Positions 37,399 to 46,738 of a stretch of 64,000 nucleotides of DNA are shown here, piece after piece. Location: assembly GCA_036501535.1 (NCBI GenBank), contig DASYAE010000209.1:1-64000 (forward strand), given 5' to 3'. This stretch comes from Actinocrinis sp. GTDB taxonomy: Bacteria > Actinomycetota > Actinomycetes > Streptomycetales > Catenulisporaceae. The notes under the pieces were generated by a model that was given only the letters and a program-made list of their open reading frames with translations, was not told the DNA's origin and made no database searches. Made by a program: the position numbers and the translations under genes. Numbering within the stretch: position 1 is the first letter of the stretch; every line of letters begins with the position of its first letter.

Positions 37399-38748
37399 GT
37401 GAGTACTGACGGTTCGGACCGCTTCTACGGCAAGCCGGCAGGTGAGCCGCCGTCGGCTGACGGCGGCTCACCTGCCGGGCCCGCCTCGTGGCAGTCGCCG
37501 CGGTCGGCCCCGCCGGAGACGCCCCCGGCGCGGTCCTACAAGCCCTCGAAGCCCACCAAGCCGCCCAAGCCGCTGCCTTCCGCGCGGCCGCTGTCCCTGC
37601 AGCCCACGGATCGCGGCTACGGCGGCTTCGACACGGCCGGCCCGCCGCCGTTCGACGCGGGGAGGACGGCCGAGGACTTCGACGCGTATCCGCCCCAGCC
37701 GCCGGCCTCGACCCGCCCGCCGGTCAGGCCGAAGCCGCCGCGCCGCCGCCGGCACTGGCTGCGCACCGCGCTCTACACGCTGCTCGCGCTGGTGCTGGTG
37801 TTCACCGGGACCGTGATCGGCACCTGGTTCTGGGCGAACGGCAAGCTCCAGCACGTCGGCGCGATCAGCGACTACCCGAACCGGCCGGCCCAGGGCGCGG
37901 GCACGAACTGGCTGATCGTCGGCTCGGACAGCCGCTCGAACCTGTCCTCGGATCAGCAGCAGCAGTACCACGTCGGGGCCGACCAAGGGCTCAACACCGA
38001 CACCATGCTGCTGTTCCACTACGGCAAGAGCGGCCCCGACCTGATCTCGATCCCGCGCGACTCCTACGTGACCATCCCGGCGTACACCGACTCCAGCGGG
38101 GTCCAGCACGCGGCCAGCAAGAACAAGATCAACTCGGCCTACTCGGACGGCGGGGTCCAGCTGCTGATCGAGACCGTGGAGATGGCCACCGGCGTGCACA
38201 TCGACAACTACGTCGAGATCGGCTTCCTCGGCGTGGTCAACGTTGTCAACTCGGTCGGCGGCGTGCCGATCTGCCTCTCCGCGCCGGTCGCGGACAGCCA
38301 CTCCGGGGCGAACCTGCCGGCCGGCTGCCAGACCCTGAACGGCACCCAGGCGCTGGAGTACGTGCGCACCCGCTACTCGCTGCCCAACTCGGACATCAGC
38401 CGGATGTCCGACCAGCAGGCGTTCATCAAGGCCGTGGCCAAGCAGGCGCTGCGCCCGGGCGTGGTTTTCGACCCGTTCTCGCTCTACCCGTTCCTCGGCT
38501 CGACCCTCGACGCCATCGCGGTGGACAACGGCACCTCGCTGTGGGACCTGACCCAGCTCGCCCGGCACTTCAAGGGCGTGGTCGGCAACGGCGGCACGGT
38601 CGGCACGATGCCGATCGCGGACGAGGGCTACGAGGTGAGCGGCATCGGCTCGGCGGTGCTGCTGGACAGCAGCCGGATGCAGCAGGTCGGCACCGCGATC
38701 AACCAGGACCAGGCGATCCCGGCCGGGCTGTTGAACTACCTCGGCTGA
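37399..38748 (+). CDS. LytR-CpsA-Psr (LCP) family cell-envelope phosphotransferase
   Basis: A Pro-rich cytoplasmic N-terminus and a TM helix, then an LCP catalytic region (NWLIVGSDSR...TDTMLLFHY...ISIPRDSYV...IDNYVEIGFLG...GTQALEYVRTRYS). GTG start. Confidence 0.85.
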   Translation: MSTDGSDRFYGKPAGEPPSADGGSPAGPASWQSPRSAPPETPPARSYKPSKPTKPPKPLPSARPLSLQPTDRGYGGFDTAGPPPFDAGRTAEDFDAYPPQPPASTRPPVRPKPPRRRRHWLRTALYTLLALVLVFTGTVIGTWFWANGKLQHVGAISDYPNRPAQGAGTNWLIVGSDSRSNLSSDQQQQYHVGADQGLNTDTMLLFHYGKSGPDLISIPRDSYVTIPAYTDSSGVQHAASKNKINSAYSDGGVQLLIETVEMATGVHIDNYVEIGFLGVVNVVNSVGGVPICLSAPVADSHSGANLPAGCQTLNGTQALEYVRTRYSLPNSDISRMSDQQAFIKAVAKQALRPGVVFDPFSLYPFLGSTLDAIAVDNGTSLWDLTQLARHFKGVVGNGGTVGTMPIADEGYEVSGIGSAVLLDSSRMQQVGTAINQDQAIPAGLLNYLG

Positions 38749-38775
38749 CGGCGTGGGCGCCGGCCCGCCCGGCGC

Positions 38776-39477
38776 TTAGCCGCGGATCGCGGCGATCAGG
38801 GAGAGCACGGCGAGCACGGCCATCACCAGGGCCGCCGCGCGCACGATCCAGGCCAGCGGCAGGACCCGCAGCAGGGCCCTGCCGCCGAGTATCGCCAGCA
38901 GGGCGACCGAGCAGAGCCCGGCCAGCGCGCCGACGCCGATGTCCAGCCAGTCGTACTTGGCCGCCAGGTTGGCGGTGACGACCTGGGTCAGGTCGCCGAA
39001 CTCGGCCACGGCGATCACGGTGAAGCTGGTCAGCAGCGCCCGCCAGGCGGTCGCCGGGGCCGGCTGCTGCGCGGCCTGGTCGCCGGTGCGCCCGCCGCCG
39101 GCCGGCTCGGGGTCCGCGGCGCCGTGCCGCAGCAGCAGCGCGGCGCCGGCCAGGAAGAGGGCCGCGACCACGGCCTCCAGGGTGCGCTGCGGCAGCAGCC
39201 CGAGCAGCGAGCCGGCCGCCACGGCGATGCAGACCTGCACGGCGAATCCGGCGGCGGCGCCGACGAAGACGAGCTGCGGCCGGTACCGGGTGGCCAGCAC
39301 CAGGGTCGCCAGCGCGGTCTTGTCCGGCAGCTCGGCGAGGAAGACCACCGCGAAGGCGGTGCCGACGATCCCTGGTTCCACGGCCCGTGGCGTCCTGTTC
39401 TGCCGATGCTGCGGCGATCGGAAGAGTGCCGGCGGGGCGGCCCGGCCGGAGACGGAGAGCCGCCCCGGCCTGATCAT
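38776..39477 (-). CDS. GDT1/TMEM165 (UPF0016) family membrane protein, putative cation/H+ transporter
   Basis: Two E-x-G-D-[KR]-[ST] motifs (ELPDKT and EFGDLT), each followed by hydrophobic helices. An alternative GTG start at 39381 would remove a 32-aa Arg-rich extension. Confidence 0.75.
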   Translation of the reverse strand: MIRPGRLSVSGRAAPPALFRSPQHRQNRTPRAVEPGIVGTAFAVVFLAELPDKTALATLVLATRYRPQLVFVGAAAGFAVQVCIAVAAGSLLGLLPQRTLEAVVAALFLAGAALLLRHGAADPEPAGGGRTGDQAAQQPAPATAWRALLTSFTVIAVAEFGDLTQVVTANLAAKYDWLDIGVGALAGLCSVALLAILGGRALLRVLPLAWIVRAAALVMAVLAVLSLIAAIRG

Positions 39478-39605
39478 CCGGCGATCGGATCAGCTTAATG
39501 CGGCGGGCGATCCCGGGATGCCGATTTCCTGATCCGCACAGTGGTTGATTCGCACAGCGCCTGATCCGCAGTGCCTGACCCGCACAGTGCCTGACCCGCG
39601 GTGCC

Positions 39606-39938
39606 TCAGTTTCCGTACAGGCCGCGCTTGAGTGCCAGCATGCCGATGATGGCCGCCGCGATCAGCACGCCCACCAGCGCGGCCACCCAGAACGGTGCGC
39701 CCTCCTGCATCGCGATGATCAGCACGATCACGCCCACGCCCGCGGAGGGCGCGACGCTGGTCCACAGCGCGAGGCTGGGGCGCTCCTTCTTCGGCTTCGC
39801 CGAGGACCCGGCGGTCTTCTGCCGTGCCGCTGCCTGCTCCCCGCCCGCCACGGCGCGCTGCGCGGCGGCGGCCTGGCGGGTGGCCCTGTTCTTCTTCGCC
39901 CGGTTCCGATCGGCGGGGCGCGCGGACTTGGTCGGCAT
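39606..39938 (-). CDS. small membrane protein (hypothetical)
   Basis: MPTKSARPADRNRAKKNRATRQAAAAQRAVAGG... is a basic N-terminus followed by two hydrophobic helices (VGVIVLIIAMQEGAPFWVAALVGVLIAAAIIGMLAL). 110 aa. Confidence 0.5.
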   Translation of the reverse strand: MPTKSARPADRNRAKKNRATRQAAAAQRAVAGGEQAAARQKTAGSSAKPKKERPSLALWTSVAPSAGVGVIVLIIAMQEGAPFWVAALVGVLIAAAIIGMLALKRGLYGN

Positions 39939-40513
39939 GGGCCGAGCGTAGGCGAGTCCGGGCCGCGGCAACAGTGGTCCAGACCGGATCGGACCGCTCG
40001 GACGGCGCCGGCCCGGGCGGGGCGGCTCGCGCACCCCGGAAACCCCCCACAAAAGCCATCGCCGCATCGGTGCGGCGATGCGGCGATGTTCTTCCTTATT
40101 CAGTTCTCTTCCACCGTTCGGACTCAGGGGCCGGACGGTGGGGAACCAGGGCTCCGGTGGTATCGATCGAACCTCCGAGGCCCACCCTCAAGACCAGAGC
40201 GTGGCCGAGATCACGAGATTTGTCAACTCGCGCAACAAAACTCGGGGGCGGCTTCCGGGTCGAAACGGCCGGCGTCGGGGTGCGCCCGCCGGGTCCGCCC
40301 GGCACTGCCCGCGCGCCCCGAGGCTGCCGGGGCCGGATCCGCGCAGGCAGACCGCATGCAGGCGGGGTGCCCGGCGCCTGGTGCGGTCTTTGCGGTTTTC
40401 TCACCGCTCCCGCTGGTTTCTCTCAGGATCTTCGGCTACGTTGGCGTAACTTACGGTGCCGTAAGGTACCGCGCGCCATCCGCCATCCGCCCGCCAGCAC
40501 GTCAGGAGCTGTT

Positions 40514-41503
40514 GTGCCCCAGACCACGACCGACCCGCGGCCCGAGCCGGCCGCGCCGCCGGCGAAGCCCGGATACACCGAGACCGCGCTGCTGCACGAA
40601 CTCGAGCCGGTGGTCGAGCACAATCTGAACCGCCACCTGAGCAGCGCCCGGGAGTGGTTCCCGCACGAGTACGTCCCGTGGAGCGAGGGCGCCGACTTCG
40701 ACGGGCCGCTCGGCGGCCGGGCCTGGGAGGTGGAGCAGTCCCGGCTGGACGAGACCGCGCGCACCTCGATGATCCTGAACCTGCTGACCGAGGACAACCT
40801 GCCGAGCTACCACCACGAGATCTCCCGGCTGTTCGGCCGGGACGGCGCCTGGGGCACCTGGGTGCACCGCTGGACCGCCGAGGAGGGCCGGCACGGCATC
40901 GCGATCCGCGACTACCTGCTGACCACCCGCGCGGTGGACCCGGTCGCGCTGGAGCGGGCCCGGATGACACACATGTCCACCGGCTACGACTCGGTGCACG
41001 CGCACCACGCGGTCAACGCGATCGCCTACGTCTCGTTCCAGGAGCTGGCCACCCGGATCTCGCACCGCAACACCGGCGCCTACTCCGGCGAGCCGCTCTG
41101 CGACCAGCTGCTGGCCAAGATCGCCAACGACGAGAACCTGCACATGGTCTTCTATCGCAACCTGCTGAGCGCGTCCCTGGAGATCGCGCCGGACCAGACC
41201 ATGGCCGCGGTGCTCGACGTGGTCAAGCGGTTCGAGATGCCGGGCGCGACGGTGGAGAACTACACCCGCAAATCGGTGCAGATCGCCCTTGCCGGGATCT
41301 ACAATCTGCGCATCCACCGGGACGAGGTGCTGATGCCGGTGCTGCGCAGCGTCAAGGTCTTCGAGCGCACCGGGTTCGGCGCCGAGGGCGAGCGGGACCG
41401 CGAGGAGCTCGCCGCCGTGCTCGAGGCGCTGGACTCCGCGGCCGCCCGGTTCGAGGAGAAGCGCGCCGCGTACCTCGCCCGCAAGGCAGACCGAAACGCC
41501 TGA
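40514..41503 (+). CDS. desA: acyl-ACP (stearoyl-ACP-type) fatty acid desaturase
   Basis: Di-iron ligand motifs TAEEGRHG and ANDENLHM (E-E-x-R-H / D-E-x-x-H) and an overall soluble desaturase pattern. GTG at 40514 with AGGAG 6 nt upstream. The track ORF 39824 is an upstream extension. Confidence 0.82.
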   Translation: MPQTTTDPRPEPAAPPAKPGYTETALLHELEPVVEHNLNRHLSSAREWFPHEYVPWSEGADFDGPLGGRAWEVEQSRLDETARTSMILNLLTEDNLPSYHHEISRLFGRDGAWGTWVHRWTAEEGRHGIAIRDYLLTTRAVDPVALERARMTHMSTGYDSVHAHHAVNAIAYVSFQELATRISHRNTGAYSGEPLCDQLLAKIANDENLHMVFYRNLLSASLEIAPDQTMAAVLDVVKRFEMPGATVENYTRKSVQIALAGIYNLRIHRDEVLMPVLRSVKVFERTGFGAEGERDREELAAVLEALDSAAARFEEKRAAYLARKADRNA

Positions 41504-41609
41504 TCAGGCGCCGGTTTTGGATCTGCGGCATAACAATAATCACTTATCAATATTCACCCATAAGGCGCTGTCCATCATAACCCCGGCGGCCCTGACGGTG
41601 TTCTAGGGG

Positions 41610-41640
41610 AAGGCGGATCTCTCCGATCCGCCTTTTCCCT
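41610..41640 (+). terminator. hairpin plus T-tract downstream of desA
   Basis: aaggcggatc tctcc gatccgcctt is a perfect 10-bp stem with a 5-nt loop, followed by TTTCCCT. Confidence 0.5.
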
Positions 41641-41661
41641 CCACTGATCAGGTGAGGTCCC

Positions 41662-42990
41662 ATGTACGACACGGCCAAGCGAAGCCTGGCCTTCACGGTC
41701 GCGACAGGCGGGCTGCTGTTGGCGGGCGCCGGTTACACGCCGGTGCAGGCGGCTTCGGGCCAGGGCCCGGCGCCGGATCCGGCGCCAGGAGCAGGCTCGG
41801 CGGCGCAGAGCACCGTGCAGGGCTCCGGCGGACTGCTGAGCGGCAACACCCTGCAGATCCCGCTCAACCTCGGCCTCAACCTGTGCGGCAACCAGGTCGC
41901 CGCGGCGGCCGCTGAGGACACGGTGCACGGCACCAAGTGCGCCGAGACCGGCGGCGCCTCGGCCGTCTCCGGCACCGCCCATTCCGGCGGAGTCCTGTCC
42001 GGCAACACCCTGCAGGTCCCGGTCAGCATCCCGGTGAACCTCTGCGGCAACCAGGTGGTCGCCGCCGGCGAGGGGAACGTCGCGGCCGGCGCCAAGTGCG
42101 CCACCGGCGGCCGGGCCTCGTCCGGCGCGCACGCCGCCTCGGTCACCGACCGGTCCGGCGGCCTCGTCTCCGGCAACACGTTCCAGGCCCCGGTCTCCGT
42201 CCCGATCGAGCTGTGCGGCAACCAGGCCGTCGTCGCGGGCGTGGAGAACCTCGTCGCGGGCGCGCACTGCAGCGGCGGCTCCCGGCCCGGCCGCGAATCC
42301 GGCGGCGGCGCCACGGCCACCTCGGTGACCGTCCGCTCCGGCGGCGCCCTCTCCGGCAACACGGTCCAGACGCCTATCACCGTGCCGGTGGAGATCTGCG
42401 GCAACCAGGTCGCGGTCGCCAGCGTGCACGACGGGGTGTTCGGCACGGTCTGCGAGGCGCCGGCCGGGCCCGGCACCGCGGCGAAGAGCGTGACGATCGG
42501 CTCGGGCGGCCTCGTCTCCGGCAACACCTTCGCCGTGCCGATCGACGTGCCGGTCGACATCTGCAACCTGCAGGTGGCCGCGGTCACCAAGAAGCTGAAG
42601 GACAGCGACGGCGTGTGCGTCAGCGGACGGATGATTCCGCCTGCGCCGCTGCAGGGACCGCCTCCGCCTCCGCCGCCGTTCACCCCTCCCACCACCCCGC
42701 CGACGTCGCCCACCACGCCGCCTACATCGCCTACCACGCCGCCGACGTCGCCCACGACGCCGCCTGTGTCGCCGACCACCACGGTCCCCACGACTCCGGG
42801 CACGCCGCCCTCGCCGCCGGTGCATCCGAACGCGCCGCTGCCCCCCGCGCCGCACAGCAGTGCGCCGACGCCTCCGTGCACGCCGGTCCCCGCGACCACC
42901 GGCGGCGCGATGGCCGCCCTCGGGGCCGGCGGCGCCGCGCTCGCCAGCCTTAGCCCGCGTCGGCGGTCCCGCCGCAAGGCGAAGTCGTAG
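41662..42990 (+). CDS. multi-domain chaplin-like surface protein (5 chaplin domains, Pro/Thr linker, C-terminal cell-wall sorting signal)
   Basis: Signal peptide ...PVQA. Five ~40-aa repeats of G-[GL]-L-S-G-N-T-x-Q-x-P-x-x-x-P-x-[NE]-[LI]-C-G-N-Q-[VA]...G-x-x-C, the chaplin/DUF320 pattern with 2 Cys per domain. Then (TPPTSPT)n linker repeats. Then ...VPATTGG followed by a hydrophobic stretch and an RRRSRRKAKS tail. An AT-rich putative promoter precedes it (41520-41570). Confidence 0.75.
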   Translation: MYDTAKRSLAFTVATGGLLLAGAGYTPVQAASGQGPAPDPAPGAGSAAQSTVQGSGGLLSGNTLQIPLNLGLNLCGNQVAAAAAEDTVHGTKCAETGGASAVSGTAHSGGVLSGNTLQVPVSIPVNLCGNQVVAAGEGNVAAGAKCATGGRASSGAHAASVTDRSGGLVSGNTFQAPVSVPIELCGNQAVVAGVENLVAGAHCSGGSRPGRESGGGATATSVTVRSGGALSGNTVQTPITVPVEICGNQVAVASVHDGVFGTVCEAPAGPGTAAKSVTIGSGGLVSGNTFAVPIDVPVDICNLQVAAVTKKLKDSDGVCVSGRMIPPAPLQGPPPPPPPFTPPTTPPTSPTTPPTSPTTPPTSPTTPPVSPTTTVPTTPGTPPSPPVHPNAPLPPAPHSSAPTPPCTPVPATTGGAMAALGAGGAALASLSPRRRSRRKAKS

Positions 42991-43135
42991 GCCGCGACAG
43001 AGGTCCGATAAGCGAATGAGAGGGTGGATTCCACGTGGTGTGGAATCCACCCTCTTATTTCGTGGCAGAAGGTAGTATGGCGCCGCCAGTCTCGGGGACG
43101 GACCGCATCGGCCGCGCAGCCGAAGGAGAGCCCGC

Positions 43136-43927
43136 ATGCTCGACGACGCCCCCGCGGCGGACCCCCGACCCGACAGTGCCCTGATGACCGGGCCGTCCGG
43201 GCCGGAGCCGCCGCCACCGCATCCGACCGCGCCACCGCATCCCGCCGCGCCGCCGCGCTGGTCCCGCGCGCTGTCCGTGACCGGCGAGCTGCTGATCACC
43301 CTCGGCGTGCTCATCGGGCTCTTCGTCGCCTACGAGCTGTGGTGGACCAACATCACCGCCGACCGGCAGATCAAGCAGAACTCCGCGGCGCTGCTGCACC
43401 GGTGGGAGGCCGCGCCGTCCGCGCCGAGCGACGCGATCCCGGTCGGCCAGTCGTTCGGCTTCCTGTACATCCCCGCCTTCGGCCCCGGATGGCGGGCCCT
43501 GATCATGCAGGGCACCGACCGGTACAAGGTGCTCAACACCGGCGCCGTCGGCCACTACACCGATCCGGCCTCCGCCTACCCCTGGGACCCGGCCGGCGAC
43601 TTCGCGGTGGCCGGGCACCGGGACGGCCACGGCATGATCTTCCGCGACCTCGACAAGCTCTCGCCCGGCGACGACGTCTACGTGGAGACCCAATACGGCT
43701 GGTACGTCTACCGGCTCGACCGCGAGGCGCCCTCGGTCCCGATGACGGATATCGGCGCGGTCGCCCCGATCCCGGCCGGCTCCGCCTACACCGCGCCCGG
43801 CCGCTACATCACGATGACCACGTGCACGCCGATCTACGTCGACACCAGCCGGCTGGTCTGGTGGGGCCACCTGATCGAGCAGACCCCGCGCGACCGGGTC
43901 CCGGCCGGAGTGACCCCGTCCGGCTGA
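43136..43927 (+). CDS. srtE: class E sortase
   Basis: Pro-rich N-terminus, a TM anchor and a sortase domain with catalytic His (VAGHRDGHG), TLxTC-type Cys (YITMTTCTP) and a C-terminal Arg. It lies directly downstream of the sorting-signal protein. Confidence 0.8.
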   Translation: MLDDAPAADPRPDSALMTGPSGPEPPPPHPTAPPHPAAPPRWSRALSVTGELLITLGVLIGLFVAYELWWTNITADRQIKQNSAALLHRWEAAPSAPSDAIPVGQSFGFLYIPAFGPGWRALIMQGTDRYKVLNTGAVGHYTDPASAYPWDPAGDFAVAGHRDGHGMIFRDLDKLSPGDDVYVETQYGWYVYRLDREAPSVPMTDIGAVAPIPAGSAYTAPGRYITMTTCTPIYVDTSRLVWWGHLIEQTPRDRVPAGVTPSG

Positions 43928-43952
43928 GCGGTCGACGCCGCGTCAGCACTGC

Positions 43953-45662
43953 TCAGTGCCGCTCGCTGCGCAGGTCGAGCCGTCGCAGCACCTTGTCGAC
44001 CAGCGCGGGGTCCACGTCCGGCTCGGCGCGGGCCGCGTACATCTCCCGGCGGGCCGCCGCGATCATCTCCTGCTCGACCCGGCGGGCCGCGTGCACGTCG
44101 TCGCGCCGCCGCCGGGCCTCCGCGCGCAGCTCGTCGTCCACCTGGTCCGGGGTGTTGATCGCCAGCCGGACGTGCTCGCGCCCGGCCAGCCGCTCGTACA
44201 CCCCGTCCGGCAGGTCCCCGGTCTCGGCCAGCTCGTCCAGCCGGACCAGCTCCGCCCTGGCCACCCGCAGCCACAGCTGCCGCTCGGCCTCCTCGCGCAC
44301 CCGGTCGTCCGCGCCGACCCGCAGCAGCCGGACCAGCACCGGCAGCGTGAGGCCCTGGACCACCAGGGTGAACAGCACCACGACGAAGGCGGTGAACAGG
44401 ATCTGCTCGCGGCCCGGGAAGGCCGCGCCGCCGTCCACCGTGAGCGGGACGGCGAGCGCGAGGGCGACCGTCGCCACGCCGCGCATCCCGGCCCACCACA
44501 TGACGACGGTCTCCTGCCAGGAGATCGGCGCCTCGACCCCCGGCTCGTCCTCGTCGTCGGCCTCGACATCGGCCTCGACCTCGGCTCCGGCCTCGTCCGC
44601 GCTCTCGCCGTCCGGCCCGGCCGCGCCCCCCGCCTCGCCCGGGGGCGCCTGCGCGGCCGCGCGGGCCGTCCGCCGCCGCTCGAGCCGCTTGCTCAGCCAG
44701 CCGGCCGGAAGCAGCCACAGCAGCCTGACGACTACCACCACGCCGACGATCGTCATCGCGTCGCCGAGCTGCGCGGTCCACCGGTCGCCCACCTCGTCCA
44801 CCACCGAGTGCAGCTCCTGGCCGATCAGGCCGAAGGCGAAGCCGGTGACCAGCAGCTCCACGATGTCCCAGAACGCGGTGCCGACCAGCCGGTACGCCAC
44901 GTCGTCGGCATCGGTCCGGTCGGACAGGTAGAGCCCGCACAGCAGCACCGACAGCACGCCGGAGCCGTGCAGCTGGTCCGCGATCACGTAGGCCGCGTAG
45001 GGAATCAGCAGGGTGAGCGCGACCTGGAGCGTGGCGTCGCCGAGGAAGCCCATCAGCCGCGCCGCGATCCAGCCGGTGGCCAGGCCGATCACGATCGCGG
45101 TGACCGCGGACAGGGCCAGGTCCGCCAGCGCGACCGGGGTCGAGAAGTGGCCGCTCACCACCGCCTGCACCGCGACGCTGTAGATGACGATCGCGGTGAC
45201 GTCGTTGAACAGCCCCTCGGTCTCCAGGATGGAGATCAGCCGGCGCGGCAGCCCCACGTCGCCGGCCACCGCCACCGCGGCCACCGGGTCCGGCGGCGAG
45301 GCCAGCGCGCCGAGCAGCACCGCGGCCGCCAGCGGCACCCCCGGCGCCAGCTCCCGGAAGGCCGCCGCCACGGCCGCCGTGCTGACCAGCACCAGGATCA
45401 CCGCGAGCAGCAGGATGGCCTGCCAGATCGCCTTGAACTGCCGCCAGTGCGTGCGCCGCGCGGCCGCGAACAGCAGCGGCGGCAGCACCAGCGGCAGGAT
45501 CAGCTCCGGCTCGATGCTCGGGTTCGGGATGCTCGGGATCAGCGCGAGGCCGACCCCGAACACCGTCATCAGCACCGGGGCGGGCAGCCCGAGCCGCGCG
45601 CTCACCGGCACCGAGAGGATCGTCGCGAGGAAGACGACGAACAGGAGGGTGAGCTGCGTCAT
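43953..45662 (-). CDS. Na+/H+ antiporter, CPA1/NhaP type, with a regulatory C-terminal domain
   Basis: 569 aa. About 12 TM helices with CPA1-like segments (TEGLFNDVTAIV, ...ASPPDPVAAV...), an acidic insert and a charged cytoplasmic C-terminus. Confidence 0.8.
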   Translation of the reverse strand: MTQLTLLFVVFLATILSVPVSARLGLPAPVLMTVFGVGLALIPSIPNPSIEPELILPLVLPPLLFAAARRTHWRQFKAIWQAILLLAVILVLVSTAAVAAAFRELAPGVPLAAAVLLGALASPPDPVAAVAVAGDVGLPRRLISILETEGLFNDVTAIVIYSVAVQAVVSGHFSTPVALADLALSAVTAIVIGLATGWIAARLMGFLGDATLQVALTLLIPYAAYVIADQLHGSGVLSVLLCGLYLSDRTDADDVAYRLVGTAFWDIVELLVTGFAFGLIGQELHSVVDEVGDRWTAQLGDAMTIVGVVVVVRLLWLLPAGWLSKRLERRRTARAAAQAPPGEAGGAAGPDGESADEAGAEVEADVEADDEDEPGVEAPISWQETVVMWWAGMRGVATVALALAVPLTVDGGAAFPGREQILFTAFVVVLFTLVVQGLTLPVLVRLLRVGADDRVREEAERQLWLRVARAELVRLDELAETGDLPDGVYERLAGREHVRLAINTPDQVDDELRAEARRRRDDVHAARRVEQEMIAAARREMYAARAEPDVDPALVDKVLRRLDLRSERH

Positions 45663-45827
45663 GCCCCGACGATATGACGCCGGATGGAGGGATTGCCCGG
45701 TCCGCGCCGATGAGGCCGTCGACTACCTGACGTTCCGCGGGCCGCGGAGGATCTGGTTGACGCCGCCGCGACGCACTACGCTTCCTGACATAACGTCGGG
45801 TTCTGACGGACGAACACGGGGCGGGCC

Positions 45828-46138
45828 ATGTCCGGCGACACTGCGAATGCGGGTCCTGATACAGAGGATGGCCTCGGCGCGGCGGGCGTCCCGTCGCAGC
45901 GGCCGGACCCGAATGCGCCGTGGGATTCGCTGCTCTCGACCCAGCAGTTCGCCGCCCTCGTCGGCGTGGGGTTCGATCCGGTCGGGCAGGTCTGCGGCAC
46001 GACCGTGGTGCATCTGGGCTATGCCAGCCGCGCAGGCAAGTGTTCGGGCTCGTATGGATACACGCCGCGGACCGACCTCGCCTCCGTGGCCGGCGGGCCG
46101 TTCGGCGTCCTGCGCCGGAAGCTCTACGGGGTGCGTAG
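45828..46138 (+). pseudogene. N-terminal fragment of a YbjQ/DUF74-like protein, with a possible frameshift into the next ORF
   Basis: The frame-0 ORF begins with plausible protein sequence (…LLSTQQFAALVGVGFDPVGQVCGTTVVHLGY…) but continues for ~130 codons of Arg/Ser/Pro-rich, GC-driven nonsense. The ordered continuation (RSFTALVRDTRRDAREQLEREVAAVGAHGVVVDAMAL…GTAIV) is in frame +2 (ORF 46157..46738). Confidence 0.35.
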
Positions 46139-46156
46139 GAGGCGCTCGCCCGGGCG

Positions 46157-46738
46157 GTGCAGGACTTCGCCAGGCTGCTGCGGTCCGGCTGGGTTCCCGC
46201 GGCGCTGGTCTTCGGCATCGCGCTCGGCGCGCGGCACGACGACATGCACACCCGCGAGGAGACCCGCCGATTCACGGTCGCCGACCGCGAGGTGCGCAGC
46301 TTCACGGCGCTGGTCAGGGATACCCGCCGGGACGCGAGGGAGCAGCTGGAGCGGGAGGTCGCGGCCGTCGGCGCCCACGGGGTCGTCGTCGACGCGATGG
46401 CGCTGCAGATCAGCGAGCGGGAATGCCCGGCCTTCGAAGGCGTTCGCGACCACGTGGCCGTCTCGACGATCCTCGGGACCGCGATCGTCTCGTTCAGCCG
46501 GTCTCCGCTCGTCGCGGGGCCCGCACCGCTGACGATCATGCACCTCGGATCTTCGCCCTCGATCGCACCGTCGATCGCGCCGCCCGGCAGTGTCCGGTCC
46601 GAGGAGGCCCGGTCCGAGCTGCCGCCTCTGCTCGAGGGCCGTTTCCTCGACCGCTTCCGGGCCGCGCGGATCGCCCGGCCCGCCTCCGTCGCCGGTGTGT
46701 CGATCAGCGATCCGACGGCGGGCGCGAGAAAAGAGTGA
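46157..46738 (+). CDS. YbjQ/DUF74-like putative heavy-metal-binding-fold protein (C-terminal part; possibly the continuation of 45828..)
   Basis: GTG start. ...AVGAHGVVVDAMALQISERECPAFEGVRDHVAVSTILGTAIV resembles the C-terminal half of YbjQ-family domains. An Ala/Pro/Ser-rich tail follows. Confidence 0.45.
   Translation: MQDFARLLRSGWVPAALVFGIALGARHDDMHTREETRRFTVADREVRSFTALVRDTRRDAREQLEREVAAVGAHGVVVDAMALQISERECPAFEGVRDHVAVSTILGTAIVSFSRSPLVAGPAPLTIMHLGSSPSIAPSIAPPGSVRSEEARSELPPLLEGRFLDRFRAARIARPASVAGVSISDPTAGARKE

Noticed and set aside
40140-40185. tRNA-like GGTTCGATC motif on the minus strand in the desaturase leader
   Set aside because: I could not build a cloverleaf. The putative T-stem arms are not complementary and there is no acceptor stem or CCA context. 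I treat it as a chance match.
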